DNA from: Escherichia phage vB_EcoD-Elw
Length of the DNA: 64,000 bases
Sequence record: OR621298
Strand: one strand, 5' to 3'
Shown in pieces: positions 28,821-36,551 of the stretch; the stretch's first letter is position 1; the number at the start of each line of letters is the position of its first letter. A program made the position numbers and the translations under genes. Below the pieces are notes generated by a model. That model searched no databases and was not told where the DNA came from. It saw nothing but the letters and a program-made list of their open reading frames with translations.

Positions 28821-29042
28821 TCAGCCATCTTCGGGTTCTCGTTGCTGCGCTACTTCTAGCCAGTCTGGTAGAAGAAACTTTGTACGAAATTCTTCGTAAG
28901 TTTCTTTGGGATAAAAGCTAAAACCTCCTTTCTCATCATTCAGGATAACAGAACCGTCAGTTTGTTCGTATGCTCGGTATGTTTCCCCAATAACAATAAC
29001 TCGTTTATCAGTACTTTTATTACGAAACTCAAAAACGTGCAT
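28821..29042 (-). CDS. hypothetical protein
   Basis: 73-aa ORF. Confidence 0.4.
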   Translation of the reverse strand: MHVFEFRNKSTDKRVIVIGETYRAYEQTDGSVILNDEKGGFSFYPKETYEEFRTKFLLPDWLEVAQQREPEDG

Positions 29043-29058
29043 AATGTTCCCTTAAAGT

Positions 29059-29134
29059 TGGAGCGGCTAGAGGGAATCGAACCCTACTCAGCGAGGCTTG
29101 GAAGGCCTGCGACACAACCCGTGTGCTTAACCGC
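29059..29134 (-). tRNA. tRNA-Gly (TCC)
   Basis: Hand fold: anticodon loop CTTCCAA, T-loop TTCGATT, acceptor GCGGTTA/TAGCCGC, CCA encoded. Confidence 0.6.
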
Positions 29135-29142
29135 TTATTGTT

Positions 29143-29220
29143 TGGCAGGGGATATTGGATTTGAACCAATGATCTCGACTTCAAAGGCCGAAGCTTTAGA
29201 CCAGGCTAAGCTAATCCCCA
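29143..29220 (-). tRNA. tRNA-Gln (TTG)
   Basis: Hand fold: anticodon arm TCGGC-CTTTGAA-GTCGA; position 1:72 unpaired (U-U); CCA encoded. Confidence 0.55.
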
Positions 29221-29226
29221 ACTGTT

Positions 29227-29302
29227 TGGCAGAAGGTAGTAGGTTCGAACCACTGATCGGGGTTTCAGAGACCCCAGCCTTAACCGACTTGGCTAACCTT
29301 CT
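29227..29302 (-). tRNA. tRNA-Gln (CTG)
   Basis: Hand fold: perfect acceptor AGAAGGT/ACCTTCT, anticodon arm GGGGT-CTCTGAA-ACCCC, CCA encoded. Confidence 0.6.
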
Positions 29303-29486
29303 TCTTAATACTTTTTGGATCTTCTAAACGTTTGCCTTCATGATCTACTCGAATAACTCCGCACCCTTCGCAAACCACAACTACACCATAACCTTCTTTG
29401 ACCTCAGCTTCTGTAATCAAACCAGAAAGATCACCAGTATCTCTGCCCCACATATCAATGGAGCATTGTTTGCAGAAATCAGCCAT
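29280..29486 (-). CDS. small zinc-ribbon-like protein
   Basis: 68-aa ORF with CKQC and CEGCG pairs; 3' end overlaps tRNA-Gln by ~23 nt. Confidence 0.4.
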   Translation of the reverse strand: MADFCKQCSIDMWGRDTGDLSGLITEAEVKEGYGVVVVCEGCGVIRVDHEGKRLEDPKSIKKKVSQVG

Positions 29487-29511
29487 ATTTTATTTCCTAT
29501 TTAAGTTAATT

Positions 29512-29588
29512 TGGGGTGGCTAGTGGAATTCGAATCCACATAGGCCTGATTCACAATCAGGATCATTAACCAATTATGATATAGCCAC
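29512..29588 (-). tRNA. tRNA-His (GTG)
   Basis: Hand fold: acceptor GTGGCTA/TAGCCAC, anticodon arm CCTGA-TTGTGAA-TCAGG, T-loop TTCGAAT, CCA encoded. Confidence 0.65.
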
Positions 29589-30088
29589 AATTGAAAACTC
29601 GCAGGGTTAGCGAAACCTTCCTCAATTAGCATGTTCTAGAATACTAATCAAGTTATCTCCTATTGCACGCAGCTCAAGACGAGTACGAATTTTCAATTGT
29701 GGTGGCTCTCAGAAACTCTTCTACTCTAGCCTTAGCAGCTTACTCCCGAACGCATGTCGGGGAAGTCTTACTAAGAGCTTCGAATAGCACCGTTACACTT
29801 TGAGCCATAGATGTATCAAGAAGCAGAAGGACTTGAACCTTCACGAGATAGACCATTTATCTCAGCCGCTTTATGAGGTATGTTGCAGGGAGTGGATGTT
29901 CCCTATAAACCTTTTAGGCAGCCCCGTCTACCGATTCCAGCATACTTCAAGAATTTTTATAAACCAGCAGAAGCCTCATTTAAAGCATCAACAATAGCTT
30001 CACGTTGGGTCATTCCATACCCAGTGGAATCTAGGTGTGGCAAATAAGCCATCCATCCCTTATCTGTTTCATGAAGGCATGCTTTAAA

Positions 30089-30107
30089 TTTTTTTTTTTT
30101 TTTTTTT
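30089..30107. repeat. 19-nt poly(T) homopolymer (poly(A) on the coding minus strand)
   Basis: 19 consecutive T read directly; lies inside a short minus-strand ORF that starts at 30143 behind RBS AAGGAA. Confidence 0.9.
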
Positions 30108-30163
30108 ACCGTCCTTCATTGTTACAGTAACTGTTTTGCTCATAATGATTCCTTATAGTTAAT

Positions 30164-30253
30164 TGGAGGAAGGTAATGGAGTCGAACCATCACCGTATCA
30201 CTACAGCGGGCTAGTTTTCAAGACTAGTTGCGTACCACTACGCCCTACCTTCC
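30164..30253 (-). tRNA. tRNA-Ser (TGA), class II
   Basis: 90 nt; acceptor GGAAGGT/ACCTTCC, anticodon arm CTAGT-CTTGAAA-ACTAG, long variable arm, CCA encoded. Confidence 0.6.
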
Positions 30254-30260
30254 ATTTGTT

Positions 30261-30351
30261 TGGCGGAAGAGGAGAGATTTGAACTCTCAAGCCGTTTTAC
30301 CAGTCAGCCACTTTCCAAGCGGTTTTCGTCGCCAATTCGATTTGCTCTTCC
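30261..30351 (-). tRNA. tRNA-Ser (GGA), class II
   Basis: 91 nt; acceptor GGAAGAG/CTCTTCC, T-arm GAGAG-TTCAAAT-CTCTC, long variable arm; anticodon assignment tentative. Confidence 0.45.
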
Positions 30352-30384
30352 AATAATAAGATGATGCCTCTATCACACCAGGCA

Positions 30385-30460
30385 GTTACGCCTCGCTGGG
30401 ATTCGAACCCATTAAAACAGCTCAACCGAGATAGTAGATTTAATTTACTCTGACCATCAA
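30385..30460 (-). other. tRNA-like element with canonical T-arm but no foldable acceptor stem
   Basis: GGGTTCGAATCCC T-arm motif present; no 7-bp acceptor pairing or CCA found by hand. Confidence 0.3.
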
Positions 30461-30463
30461 ATT

Positions 30464-30540
30464 TGGTGCGTGACAAGGGATTCGAACCCTCAAAACCCGA
30501 CTTCTAAGGACGGTATGTATGCCAATTCCATCAATCACGC
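30464..30540 (-). tRNA. tRNA with anticodon TAG (Leu-type anticodon) in a short 77-nt class-I-like body
   Basis: Acceptor GCGTGAT/GTCACGC (one G-U), T-arm GAGGG-TTCGAAT-CCCTT, anticodon loop CTTAGAA, discriminator A, CCA encoded. Confidence 0.45.
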
Positions 30541-30545
30541 GTATT

Positions 30546-30620
30546 TGGTGGACAAAGAGGGACTCGAACCCTCCCTACCAGATTGCAAATCTGGTGTGCT
30601 CCCGCTGACACTATTCGCCC
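30546..30620 (-). tRNA. tRNA-Ala (TGC)
   Basis: Anticodon arm CCAGA-TTTGCAA-TCTGG, T-arm GAGGG-TTCGAGT-CCCTC, acceptor with two G-U pairs, CCA encoded. Confidence 0.6.
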
Positions 30621-30997
30621 AAATTTATTAATCCAGCATGTACTTCTCTATGGCAGTTAGAGCATAATAGTACGCACTTTTTAAGTTCTGCTATTACTAC
30701 TTCTCTGTTTCTACGAGAAGTTCTAAACCTTGCAATGGAGTATTCCTTTTCTTCTGGATTAGTATGGTGGAAATCTAAGGCTTGTTTACACCTATTATAT
30801 CCACAAATACTACATTCTAATACAGGAAATACTTCTTTAATTAATTCTTCATGTCCAGCTACTCGTTCAGCTTTTTCACATGCTTTACATGTTGGCTTCC
30901 ACTTCTTTGTGCCATTAGGAGTAAATCCATTCGAATAAAAATATTCGGTTGTTAACGGATATTCATTCCCACAGGCTCTACATGTTTTTGTACACAC
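30611..30997 (-). CDS. HNH homing endonuclease
   Basis: 128-aa ORF; N-terminal Cys pairs and C-terminal HNH signature (DFHHTNP...CSNCH); 3' end overlaps tRNA-Ala by 10 nt. Confidence 0.7.
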   Translation of the reverse strand: MCTKTCRACGNEYPLTTEYFYSNGFTPNGTKKWKPTCKACEKAERVAGHEELIKEVFPVLECSICGYNRCKQALDFHHTNPEEKEYSIARFRTSRRNREVVIAELKKCVLLCSNCHREVHAGLINLGE

Positions 30998-31357
30998 TGC
31001 GTTAACCCCTGTAAGTTTACTAAGGCTATTAGCTCGGCGTAACTACAGCACCTTCGCTTCGAGCGGAAGGAACTGCGTCATCTCGCAAACCCGATACACT
31101 ATTCAGTTGCCGCTGAATCTAGTGGACTAATCTAGAACTTCTCCCGAATTGTAGGGATCGTGCTTTTTGGCAGCCAGTCCTAGGTCGAGCTAATACCTTA
31201 GTGAACTAAATTGATGGATACCAGACTAATTTTGCTACGACGTTTATCCTGAGGATCTCTTTTTCGGTAGCTCTGCTAGTGTAGACGTCATACACCTGGT
31301 ATCTAGGCAGCTATTTTCGCATCAATTTATATAAATATTATAACAAGAAATTAAGCA

Positions 31358-31720
31358 TTAAGCAAGTACATTTTTAGCGATTTCCTGTAGTTCCTTTACA
31401 TCACGAACGTAAAGGTAATCAGAGCTTCCAGAGTGCATACTTTGCATAACCACACCTTCATCTGGTGCATTATCCTTCAAGGTAATTCCTAGCCAGAACT
31501 CGGCAAAACTAGGTGTTATCTCACCTTGACTTGCCTTGAATACATCATATTCTGTAAGTTCTTGACCAGTAGATAATCCCAAATAGACAGAACTAAGATC
31601 AATCTCTTTATGAGACTCATAAAATTCCGATAGATCTTTTTCCATATCCCAGCCATGCTGCAATGCGAACTCCATTGTCACATGACCGAAATAACCTTGA
31701 ATCTTGTTTGATAATTGCAT
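31358..31720 (-). CDS. hypothetical protein
   Basis: Track ORF 31358..31726 starts at TTG; trimmed to ATG with RBS AAGGA. Confidence 0.45.
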   Translation of the reverse strand: MQLSNKIQGYFGHVTMEFALQHGWDMEKDLSEFYESHKEIDLSSVYLGLSTGQELTEYDVFKASQGEITPSFAEFWLGITLKDNAPDEGVVMQSMHSGSSDYLYVRDVKELQEIAKNVLA

Positions 31721-31745
31721 TTGCAATTCCTTATTTTGAGTTAAT

Positions 31746-31819
31746 TGGTACTCGGTGATAGAATCGAACTATCACAACCGCCGTGTAAAGACGGGGTTCT
31801 CCCATTAAACTAACCGAGC
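31746..31819 (-). tRNA. tRNA-Val (TAC)
   Basis: 74 nt; anticodon arm CCGTC-TTTACAC-GGCGG, T-arm GATAG-TTCGATT-CTATC, CCA encoded. Confidence 0.6.
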
Positions 31820-31823
31820 AATT

Positions 31824-31901
31824 TGGTAGATCGCCTGGGATTCGAACCCAGAACTGACGGATTAAAGGTCCGCTACTCTTATCCAGTTGAGCTAGCGATC
31901 T
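31824..31901 (-). tRNA. tRNA-Lys (TTT)
   Basis: Perfect acceptor AGATCGC/GCGATCT, T-arm CTGGG-TTCGAAT-CCCAG, anticodon loop CCTTTAA (C at position 33 is unusual). Confidence 0.5.
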
Positions 31902-31902
31902 A

Positions 31903-32070
31903 TTAGTAACCATTATATACCTCTTTAATAGAGTGAACTTTCAAGTAAGGGTGATTAGTATTAAACTCTGCCATTACTTCATCCCAATTTTTACCATAAT
32001 GTGCAAGTAAGGATCTTGAGGTATTATTACCTAAACGTTTGTCACTTACTACTAATCGAAATACTTTCAT
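31903..32070 (-). CDS. small protein (55 aa)
   Basis: Not in ORF track; ATG with RBS AGAGGA; translated by hand; fills the gap between tRNA genes. Confidence 0.35.
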   Translation of the reverse strand: MKVFRLVVSDKRLGNNTSRSLLAHYGKNWDEVMAEFNTNHPYLKVHSIKEVYNGY

Positions 32071-32090
32071 TTCGAAATCCTCTATTAAAG

Positions 32091-32167
32091 TGGAAGCGGG
32101 TGCAGGAATCGAACCTACCTCTTTCTAGCTTATGAGACTAGCGATCTCTACCAGAGATCTAACCCGC
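32091..32167 (-). tRNA. tRNA anticodon CAT (Met or Ile-lysidine)
   Basis: Anticodon arm CTAGT-CTCATAA-GCTAG at canonical position; acceptor and T-stem contain mismatches. Confidence 0.45.
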
Positions 32168-32174
32168 AATTGTT

Positions 32175-32252
32175 TGGTCTCCGTGGGAGGATTTGAACCC
32201 CCGACCCTATCGCCCCAAACGAAACGCTCTGGCCAAACTGAGCTACACGGAG
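32175..32252 (-). tRNA. tRNA-Pro (TGG)
   Basis: Acceptor CTCCGTG/CACGGAG, D-stem GCTC/GAGC, anticodon loop TTTGGGG, T-loop TTCAAAT, CCA encoded. Confidence 0.55.
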
Positions 32253-32256
32253 AATA

Positions 32257-32415
32257 TTATTTCTTCAACCACAACAAAGATAAGCCCAGCATACTAAAGC
32301 CGCTAACTAATCCGATACATTTTTCTTCTATAGTAAAAGTATCTAGATTAAATGCTGTTATAGCTATTGGCATACACCATAATGTCATAAAAACTTGAGC
32401 TATCTTGTGTTTCAT
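32257..32415 (-). CDS. small hydrophobic protein (52 aa)
   Basis: Not in ORF track; ATG with RBS GAGAAGGAAAG; sits immediately upstream of tRNA-Pro. Confidence 0.35.
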   Translation of the reverse strand: MKHKIAQVFMTLWCMPIAITAFNLDTFTIEEKCIGLVSGFSMLGLSLLWLKK

Positions 32416-32725
32416 TTTGCTTTCCTTCTCTTCACTTTATAAAATATATTATACAGATAATATAGCAGAATAGCAAATGAATTTTTAATAAATTTACTTA
32501 TTGTGTAGGCCACCTGGAGGCTACCAACCCCACGGCTGACAAAGAAGTTTGCGAGACCTCTCTTAAATGCCAGAATAGACCCGCCGATCTATCGGAACCT
32601 ACATAATAAGTAAACTTTCGTTTACTTACGCCCCGTTAGAGGGACTTTAGCGACTAGAACCGGCCGGAAACTTCATCGCCTTGTTTATTCAGAAGTCCGT
32701 TCTCTAGGGAGCAGAAATCTAAATT

Positions 32726-32800
32726 TGGTGGAGTTTGGGAGACTACGTGTTACTCCCTCTGTCCGAAGTAGGATAGTGCTTAACCGTTTAGCTGAACCCC
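32726..32800 (-). other. tRNA-like element (acceptor- and D-arm-like stems, CCA end, non-canonical T and anticodon arms)
   Basis: Plus-strand AAATTTGG junction as at true tRNA 3' ends; acceptor GGGGTTC/AAACTCC pairs 6 of 7; 5-bp GGGAG/CTCCC stem with 11-nt loop replaces the T-arm. Confidence 0.3.
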
Positions 32801-32979
32801 TTTAAATATTTATACGTTTTATCTAACAACTCTTGTTTAGAGATTATACCATCACGATATTCAGTAATAAAATTATCTATGTTGGAGTCCTTTGATACAA
32901 CGTTATCAGATAGCTCTGTGAATTTATTTGCTAAAAGATCTAATTCTTTGTAATTCACAAAACCTCCAGAATATGCCAT
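32788..32979 (-). CDS. hypothetical protein
   Basis: 63-aa ORF. Confidence 0.4.
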   Translation of the reverse strand: MAYSGGFVNYKELDLLANKFTELSDNVVSKDSNIDNFITEYRDGIISKQELLDKTYKYLKGFS

Positions 32980-33219
32980 TCTAGACAGGACTCGAACCTG
33001 CTATCACTTGTGCGGACTTACGAGAACCATTCTTTCACTCGAATCGAACGAGCTTCTGCCCTAGCCAAGCTGGTTTCCCCATCAACCACGCTAGAATGTT
33101 TGATTGTTTTCAGTGCAAGAGTCCGAGTCTTGGACACGACCGCTTCGCAAGTACATAGGCAGCTTATCATGAGTCAGCACTTCCGAATTGCTAGCTCCGT
33201 GTTCTGCACTGAGATTTTG

Positions 33220-33567
33220 TTAATTTAATAGTAAAGTACGATCTACTTCACCATTAATTGTTCGGCATTCCTCTGGAATTGCTGGTGTAGTCTTATATTC
33301 CCACCATTCAGAACCATCATATTCACCACGTTCTAACCAAGTTCCATCAGTAAACCATACGTTACCATAAAGCAATTGTCCACCGAAACCAGAATCATAT
33401 TTAAAGTCTAGATTATTTAGAAAATCTTCAATATCTTTTTCTGTATAACCTACGGGTAATACCCAAACTTCTTTGTCTCCATAATAACCGAATTCTATCT
33501 TAATACACTTAACTTCAGAATTAGTATTCTTTAGGGCAAGTAACAATTCTTCTTTAGCATTAATCAT
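33220..33567 (-). CDS. hypothetical protein
   Basis: 115-aa ORF. Confidence 0.45.
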   Translation of the reverse strand: MINAKEELLLALKNTNSEVKCIKIEFGYYGDKEVWVLPVGYTEKDIEDFLNNLDFKYDSGFGGQLLYGNVWFTDGTWLERGEYDGSEWWEYKTTPAIPEECRTINGEVDRTLLLN

Positions 33568-33593
33568 AGCATATTTCTCATACTAAATTAATT

Positions 33594-33669
33594 TGGTACA
33601 CCCACTAGGACTTGAACCTAGAACCCTCCGCTTAAGAGGCGGTAGCTCTAACCATTGAGCTATGGGTGT
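33594..33669 (-). tRNA. tRNA-Lys (CTT)
   Basis: 76 nt with canonical numbering: acceptor ACACCCA/TGGGTGT, D-stem GCTC/GAGC, anticodon loop CTCTTAA, T-arm CTAGG-TTCAAGT-CCTAG, CCA. Confidence 0.6.
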
Positions 33670-33675
33670 ATTAAA

Positions 33676-33828
33676 TTACTTTTCCAGTTCATCAGCTATG
33701 GCTTTGATTTTTTCAAAGTTTACATCACTAATAATGATACCTTCCAGTGACAGAGATATTCTAGCATTTTTCATAGCAGATTCTTTTATCTGCTCTATTT
33801 CTTCTGGAGTAAACTCCCTACGTTCCAT
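33676..33828 (-). CDS. small acidic protein (50 aa)
   Basis: Not in ORF track; ATG with RBS AAGGTAGG; between two tRNA genes. Confidence 0.3.
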   Translation of the reverse strand: MERREFTPEEIEQIKESAMKNARISLSLEGIIISDVNFEKIKAIADELEK

Positions 33829-33845
33829 AGCTAACCTACCTTATT

Positions 33846-33922
33846 TGGCGCGACCGATGGGATTTGAACCCACATTCCCTCCCGTGACAGGAGAGTACCA
33901 TTACCAAGCCAGCCCCGGTCGC
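33846..33922 (-). tRNA. tRNA-Asp (GTC)
   Basis: Acceptor GCGACCG/CGGTCGC, anticodon arm CTCTC-CTGTCAC-GGGAG, T-loop TTCAAAT, CCA encoded. Confidence 0.6.
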
Positions 33923-33931
33923 ATAATTCAT

Positions 33932-34117
33932 TTACTCAGCTTTGAGCTTTTCAATAGCTGCATTAAGTTCTTTAAGAAACTCTTTTCGTACATTAAGACG
34001 ATTGAGACTTACTAGTATATCGTGTTTAAGTTCTTCGATGTATTTCTTTTCAACTTCAATATTGTTGATAGTGCTATCACGATGAACTTCTAGCTGCGCA
34101 ATTACATTCTTGGACAT
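33932..34117 (-). CDS. hypothetical coiled-coil protein
   Basis: 61-aa ORF. Confidence 0.4.
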   Translation of the reverse strand: MSKNVIAQLEVHRDSTINNIEVEKKYIEELKHDILVSLNRLNVRKEFLKELNAAIEKLKAE

Positions 34118-34144
34118 GCTTGTTTCCTCAGTTATTAATGAAAA

Positions 34145-34215
34145 TGGTATCTGTGGCTGAATTCGATGTCAGCAATGATAGCTGGTTGGCTACCGGTTTA
34201 CTTAACTCTACACAG
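34145..34215 (-). other. tRNA-like element with 8-nt T-loop and imperfect acceptor
   Basis: 3' ...GATACCA end and GCTGA/TCAGC stem around a CATCGAAT loop; no standard anticodon arm found. Confidence 0.25.
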
Positions 34216-34219
34216 AATT

Positions 34220-34297
34220 TGGCGGTTCCTGCTGGATTCGAACCAGCAAACCTCAACTTAACAAGATGCCGCTCTAACCAATTAGAGCTAAGGAACC
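34220..34297 (-). tRNA. tRNA-Asn (GTT)
   Basis: Perfect acceptor GGTTCCT/AGGAACC, D-stem GCTC/GAGC, T-arm GCTGG-TTCGAAT-CCAGC, anticodon loop TTGTTAA on a weak 3-bp stem. Confidence 0.5.
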
Positions 34298-34792
34298 ATA
34301 TAAGTCAGAACTAGAGTTAATACGTTCTAGATATTTACTAAGATCCCTAGAATTTATACTAAACCACTCATGTTCTTTTAAATCTTTGAAATACTGGTGA
34401 ATTAGTTTTTCACCTTTTCGTTTGTCAAACCAAAACGACCAATGCTCTAATTTATAATCCCTATATGGGGAATAGGTCTGATATTGAGCTAATCTCTCTT
34501 TTGGATTTTGACTCATACCTATTTTATACTGATTTTTCCATGCAGGATTACTAATACAGTATACAAAACCTTCAGAAATAGGAAGTTTATTTTCCTGCTT
34601 AAACTTTATAAAGGAAAGTGCGGCAAGTTTTCTCGAATACATAGTATTCGTATTCTTTTTGGTATTACCATTAGTTCCTGAAAGATTTATATATTCTTCC
34701 ATAAATCTTTGGATTAGTTCTGCGGTTATACAGAAAGGCCCATTAGTAACAACGCCTTTCTTTACCAAACTATCAAAAACTTTTGTATGCAC
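34274..34792 (-). CDS. T5orf172-type GIY-YIG-like domain protein (putative homing endonuclease)
   Basis: 172-aa ORF (GTG start in track); GFVYCISNPAWKNQYKIGMSQNPKERL resembles the GIY-YIG-like T5orf172 domain; 3' end overlaps tRNA-Asn. Confidence 0.6.
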   Translation of the reverse strand: MHTKVFDSLVKKGVVTNGPFCITAELIQRFMEEYINLSGTNGNTKKNTNTMYSRKLAALSFIKFKQENKLPISEGFVYCISNPAWKNQYKIGMSQNPKERLAQYQTYSPYRDYKLEHWSFWFDKRKGEKLIHQYFKDLKEHEWFSINSRDLSKYLERINSSSDLYGSLALIG

Positions 34793-34813
34793 TACTTCTT
34801 TCCTTTAGTAAAT

Positions 34814-34889
34814 TGGACGACCGCATGAGATTTGAACTCACATAAAAAGGATTTGCAATCCTTCGCCTAAGCCCTTCAGCCAACGGTCG
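34814..34889 (-). tRNA. tRNA-Cys (GCA)
   Basis: Anticodon arm AAGGA-TTGCAAA-TCCTT, T-loop TTCAAAT, acceptor CGACCGT/GCGGTCG, CCA encoded. Confidence 0.6.
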
Positions 34890-34958
34890 GTTTATCTTGT
34901 TCTGTCATGTTGCTTCTCCAGTTCAATTTATGTAATTATTATACAGAACTTTTGGAAA

Positions 34959-35231
34959 CTAAGCAACTACATTTTTTAAGAATTTGATGCCTTTCTTTTT
35001 CTTCTTATATTTCCACGTTAATGGATTCTGTCGATTATGAACGCTTGAGATCTTTGTCTCGTCAAAGTTCTTCAATATCATGTAATCACAGGATAATTGT
35101 TCTAGTAGAATGTGATCACCGTCAAAAGCGTATACATAAGGCTGTTGACTAACACGATAATGATAGACTTTGTTAATTCTACGTTTCAGCGACTTATCAG
35201 CGCAGTAAATAAAGAAGTTTTCAGGATGCAT
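34959..35231 (-). CDS. hypothetical protein
   Basis: Track ORF 34959..35246 starts at TTG; trimmed to ATG (MHPENFF) with RBS AAGGAG. Confidence 0.45.
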   Translation of the reverse strand: MHPENFFIYCADKSLKRRINKVYHYRVSQQPYVYAFDGDHILLEQLSCDYMILKNFDETKISSVHNRQNPLTWKYKKKKKGIKFLKNVVA

Positions 35232-35248
35232 CAGCAGCTCCTTCAATT

Positions 35249-35323
35249 TGGTGCACCCTGTTCGTATCGAACGAACCTCTCAAGCTCTTCAGGCAAGCGC
35301 TAATCCATCTCAGCTAAAGGTGC
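35249..35323 (-). tRNA. tRNA-Phe (GAA)
   Basis: Perfect T-arm GTTCG-TTCGATA-CGAAC, acceptor GCACCTT/AGGGTGC; anticodon loop CTGAAGA on a weak stem. Confidence 0.45.
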
Positions 35324-35329
35324 AAATTT

Positions 35330-35406
35330 TGGCAAACCTACTAGGACTCGAACCTAGACCGTACGGTTTTGGAGACCGACATGCTGTCCAGTAACACTCT
35401 AGGAAT
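35330..35406 (-). tRNA. tRNA-Trp (CCA)
   Basis: Anticodon arm TCGGT-CTCCAAA-ACCGT, T-arm CTAGG-TTCGAGT-CCTAG; acceptor stem has two U-U mismatches. Confidence 0.4.
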
Positions 35407-35414
35407 GCAGAAAT

Positions 35415-35491
35415 TGGCGTCCTGTGCGGGGATCGAACCCGCAAATCCTACCTTGAAAGGGTAGTGACTTTACCAGTTTGTCTAACAGGAC
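35415..35491 (-). tRNA. tRNA-Glu (TTC)
   Basis: Perfect acceptor GTCCTGT/ACAGGAC, anticodon arm CTACC-CTTTCAA-GGTAG, T-arm GCGGG-TTCGATC-CCCGC, CCA. Confidence 0.65.
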
Positions 35492-35498
35492 TTAAATT

Positions 35499-35589
35499 TG
35501 GTGTTGGATGATGGAGTCGAACCACCCGAGACCCTTCCGAGTCGGCAGATTTACAGTCTGCTTCGCTACCTCTACGATACTAATCCAAC
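35499..35589 (-). tRNA. tRNA-Tyr (GTA), class II
   Basis: 91 nt; perfect acceptor GTTGGAT/ATCCAAC, anticodon arm GCAGA-CTGTAAA-TCTGC, long variable arm, CCA. Confidence 0.6.
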
Positions 35590-35719
35590 ATATTTAGAAG
35601 TATTCAAAAATTCTCATTTAAACACTTTTAAATATGCTTTCAAATTAGGTAACTATTATACCAAGTTTTAAGGCACTGAGCAAGTCAAATTTTAAAGAAC
35701 TTGCTCAGTGCTATATTAG

Positions 35720-35995
35720 TTAGTCGAACTTAGGAGTGACAGTTAAGGAGAACGGAAGTTCGAAAACTTCTTCACCCTCATTACTAACGGTAACTACACG
35801 ACCTTTAAGTTCAGACATTAAAATATCAATATCAGCTTTTGCATCTGGAGCCATGCCAGCTTCAATACATTTAGCTTTAACCTCCGGTAGAAGATCTACG
35901 TTATAGAGATAGAGCCACTCAATCTCACCTTCCCAGTCTTCCCAGGATTTGCAGATTGCACTTTCAATACCAGTTGCTACAACACGATTTTGCAT
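35720..35995 (-). CDS. hypothetical protein
   Basis: 91-aa ORF; RBS GAAGGAG. Confidence 0.5.
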   Translation of the reverse strand: MQNRVVATGIESAICKSWEDWEGEIEWLYLYNVDLLPEVKAKCIEAGMAPDAKADIDILMSELKGRVVTVSNEGEEVFELPFSLTVTPKFD

Positions 35996-36085
35996 TCGTT
36001 AACTCCTTCATCAATTTATACAACTATTATATCAGAAATTTAAAGCAAAAGGCAAGTACATTTTTAAAAATTCTGTTTGGAGGAG

Positions 36086-36292
36086 CTAAACTCCAGATTC
36101 TTCAGCTAAGTCTAGGCTAATAAGAGTTATAGCCATAATTGCTGCACCGTGTTCTTTTTCTCCGGTGTTTTTAGCAGAGTCTATAATAGTCTTAATCTGT
36201 TCGTAATAGCCTTTTACTTCTTGTTCAATACCTGCCTCGGCTATCATGCCTTTAGTCATGATTCGTTGCATAGTAATTTCACGGTTAGCCAT
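36086..36292 (-). CDS. hypothetical protein
   Basis: 68-aa ORF. Confidence 0.45.
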   Translation of the reverse strand: MANREITMQRIMTKGMIAEAGIEQEVKGYYEQIKTIIDSAKNTGEKEHGAAIMAITLISLDLAEESGV

Positions 36293-36452
36293 GATGTTTC
36301 TCCAGCTTCATTTTTAATAGTTTACAAATGAAATCAACGTCTTCATCTGTACCTAGATCTCTATCTTCAAGAGTTGCCTTGAAGTTTTTAGTCAATTCCA
36401 TGAGGATAACTTCTCTAGAACGACGTGTTGGCGGAGGTGGATGTCTATACAT
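36285..36452 (-). CDS. small Pro-rich protein (55 aa)
   Basis: Not in ORF track; hand-translated; 8-nt overlap with the downstream start codon. Confidence 0.35.
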   Translation of the reverse strand: MYRHPPPPTRRSREVILMELTKNFKATLEDRDLGTDEDVDFICKLLKMKLEKHHG

Positions 36453-36467
36453 CTTATTTCCTTAGTT

Positions 36468-36544
36468 TGGTAGGGGTGGTGGGATTCGAACCCACAAAAC
36501 CTGAATTTTAAGTCCAGTACCTATGCCAATTCGATTACACCCCC
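36468..36544 (-). tRNA. tRNA with anticodon TAA (Leu-type anticodon) in a short 77-nt class-I-like body
   Basis: Perfect anticodon arm CTGGA-CTTAAAA-TTCAG, T-arm GTGGG-TTCGAAT-CCCAC, discriminator A, CCA; variable region only 5 nt. Confidence 0.5.
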
Positions 36545-36551
36545 GTGTAGT

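Noticed and set aside
30611-31320. Group I intron housing the HNH endonuclease gene
   Set aside because: HNH genes often reside in introns and a ~320-nt leader is present, but I could not recognise P/Q/R/S elements, a split host gene, or flanking exon halves by eye.
31000-33200. Additional canonical tRNAs at 31168-31250 and 32985-33100, suggested by TTTGGCAG-like junctions and a GGACTCGAACC motif
   Set aside because: No acceptor stem or anticodon arm could be paired by hand even allowing G-U pairs; left as unexplained non-coding sequence.
28962-34314. Plus-strand ORFs overlapping tRNA genes (28962..29327, 32132..32398, 33662..34015, 34120..34314)
   Set aside because: They run antisense through several tRNA genes and their translations are dominated by tRNA-stem complements; no RBS.
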